This document shows, piece after piece, positions 61,306 to 64,000 of a stretch of 64,000 bases of DNA; the first letter of the stretch is position 1, and each line of letters starts with the position of its first letter. The notes under the pieces are model-generated. The model did no database searches, had not been told where the DNA came from, and saw only the letters and a list, made by a program, of their open reading frames with translations. The stretch lies in contig CM119268.1 in assembly GCA_051294375.1 (NCBI GenBank), positions 9,483,216-9,547,215 of the forward strand. The letters run 5' to 3'. The DNA comes from Paraspadella gotoi. Lineage: Eukaryota; Animalia; Chaetognatha. Position numbers and translations under genes: made by a program.

Positions 61306-64000
61306 AAGATCTTCAACCCTAAAGTTGCCAATGTTCTACGACGCTAGCGATCTAAAATTTCGACTCAATTCTATAATTTACAGTTTAAGGTTTACGACTG
61401 CCAAGACGTCGTTGAGTTGAAGAGCGAATTTCATCCTGTTTGTGTCATTGGCTTTATCTGCGCCGGCATCGTTTGCGGAGGCGTTTCTGGCGTCACCGTG
61501 ATTTCGTCTTTGACAATGGCGTCCATGTTTGTGACGAGTTTTAAGGGTTAAGTTAAGTTAACGTCGACGTCAATGGTTATTGGTTAATAATAGTTGGACT
61601 TAACGACGTATCTTAATCTAGATAGTATCTCACACTGAATCTTTCTCTCTCTCTCTTTCTCTGTCTCTCCCTGCTTCTCTCTCGCTCTTCGCTCTCTCTC
61701 TCTTACTCAGGCTCATCTACTTCATCTTGCATGCTCTCTCTCTCTCGTCTCTCTCTCTCTCTCTCGTCGTAGCACGCTCACGGTTTTTTCCTTGAAGAAA
61801 TGATCATTTGATTTCCTGTTCTTCTTCCGCCGATGGAATCGGAATCCGTGGCATCGAGACGGAAGGTCGATTTCTCAAAGGTGAACGCGTCAAGAGAAGA
61901 AGAAAAGAAGAGAAGGAGAAAGATAGAAAGGAAGAAGGCGAAAGGAGAGAAAAGAAGGAAAGAGAAGAAGACAAAATAACATGGGAATTTAGGAAAAGGA
62001 AATTAAAAGAAAAAAAAGAAAGAATAAAAGTAGAAGGAAAAGAAGAAAAAAGAGGAAACAGAAAGAGGAAAAAAGAAAAAAAAGAATAAATAAGAAGAAA
62101 AATGAAGACAAGAAAAAAAGAAGTAACAAGGAAAAAGATGTGAACAGAAGTAAGACGCAAAAAACTCTCTCGCATGAAAAAAAAAAACAATAAAAAAAAA
62201 AGGAAAATTAAAGGCAGTCGCTGAAAAAGTAAGGAACTTAAGTCTTACCAGAAGTGAATCGAAAGAACGAAAACAAAAAACAAGACAATTTTTTTTTTCC
62301 ATTAAATTACAATTAGAGAAGAATGGAGAGAGAGAGAGAGAGAGAGAGCTAGAGAGAGAGAGAGACAGAACCACATTTAGTTCTAATAAAAAATATTCGT
62401 ATCAAAAGTATTGATTCCTAACCAACCTTCGGACCATCCGACGAAAAAATACCAAGCATTAAAACCAACCAAGCAAAATTGTCTTGTTGAGAAACGACTT
62501 CTTCTCGAAACGTCTTCCCCCCGCCCCCTTTCTCTCCGCCCCCCTTTTTCGTTCCACTTTCCCTTTTTACGAAGAAACTTTCCTTTGAGTCTTAGTTTAG
62601 TAACAGGTTGTAAAATAACTCGAGCGAGAAATTCAGCCGATCGGGTTTATCTTTTTCTTTGATTCGCTTCTCAAAAGAAAAGCGTCTAAACTAAATAAAC
62701 TCTTTTTCTCTTGTTTGTTTGTTTGTTTATTTTCGTTTTTATCTGTCGCGGCTTCGGGTTTCTTTCTAATTTCTTTTTTTTATATAATTATCCTCACTAG
62801 GCTTTTTTTTTTATATATTTCTCTTTTTGAGTTTTTGATTTAATGTAGTTTTTTTCCTTTTTTTAAAAAAGTTTCTTTAATATCTCATGTTTCTCGATTT
62901 TTTATATTTCATTTTAATATTTTTTACGTTTTTTCTATGTTATTTTTTTTTTAAATTTGGTTTTGTGATTCCTTCTTTTTTTTCGTTAAAAAATCGACCA
63001 AAAGGGATTGAGGATTTTACCGAGTTTCCGTTCGCGAGTGACACCAAAAAATGCGTACCATTTCTCATTGGATAAATGTTTGTTAAATTTTCTTTCCTCA
63101 TTTTATAGCAAAGTACTTGACATTTATATTTTAATTTCATGAGATTAATTTGATATTTACTTATGTAAAACAACCTTTCTTTAAAGGTCATTCAATTTCA
63201 TCTTCAGTAAAAAACTAAATCTTAAAAAAAAAATTATTATAAATTAATTATTCATTAATTACTTAAAATTATTAAAATTCACTTACACCATTAAATTAAG
63301 AATTATCTCCTTACGATATAAAATAATTATTCAAGACAGTCAAGAACATGCTCAGGACAGCATTTTTTTCTAATTGGACGAGTTGTATAAAGAAAATTTA
63401 AGATTTACAATTAAAAAAATTAATAAAAAAATAGTACTCAGAAATTACTCAACATTACAATAATTCAGATACGCCATTGATTAGATCATTAATAGGGATT
63501 TTTTATGATGTAAAAATTTTTTTTAAATTCAATCAAGAACACGCCTAAAGTAGGTTTTTTCACCAATTTTAGTGAGTTAAATAAAAAATTAAACATAGAA
63601 TAGTAAATGAATTAAACACGAAATAAAACTTATACATAAAAAACGTCGAGTAGTTCTCCTACTAATGATATACTTATGAATTATATTTATTAAATATTTA
63701 AAGTAGAGTAAAGATTTTTTTGGAGTCACTCGCGAACGGACACGGGGTATTTTTATCTCTCTCTCGCTCTCTCTTCAATATTTTTTTTAACTCGCGGAAA
63801 TTCAAATAATTTATTGCTTTGTATCACTTGGTTTCGCTTGATTTACGAATGAGTTATTTTTTTTCATAACTGTTTAAATAGTTAAAATAAATAAAAATAA
63901 AAAATAATAAAAACTTTGAACGAATCATGCGGGATGATTCAAATAAAAAAAAAAAAATTTTACAGAAAAACTTAGTTCGTTTTGTAAAAAGTAAAGATGG

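Overview
Eukaryotic (animal-like, invertebrate-style) genomic DNA with many short introns (mostly 60-100 nt). Bases 1-35 kb hold nine genes, all on the + strand: the 3' part of a Tudor + CS-domain gene (TDRD12/Yb-like), a 7-finger C2H2 gene, SIRT1, MED29, CARNMT1, RPL18, ERMARD, WDTC1 and a KIND-FERM-PDZ gene (FRMPD2/PTPN13-like). A convergent KANK gene follows on the - strand (about 35.3-46.4 kb). The remainder (47-64 kb) is repeat-rich, contains N gaps and looks error-prone; it holds a ~185-bp satellite, microsatellites, a decayed integrase and possible broken exons. Most notable: (1) operon-like spacing of RPL18-ERMARD-WDTC1-FRMPD2; (2) a 750-bp non-coding TRIM-like LTR element with highly structured LTRs inside a GC-AG intron; (3) a CRE-clade non-LTR fragment enclosed by inverted repeats in a SIRT1 intron; (4) two unexplained in-frame TGA codons between the FERM and PDZ domains. 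All calls come from manual reading and recalled family motifs; no searches were run.
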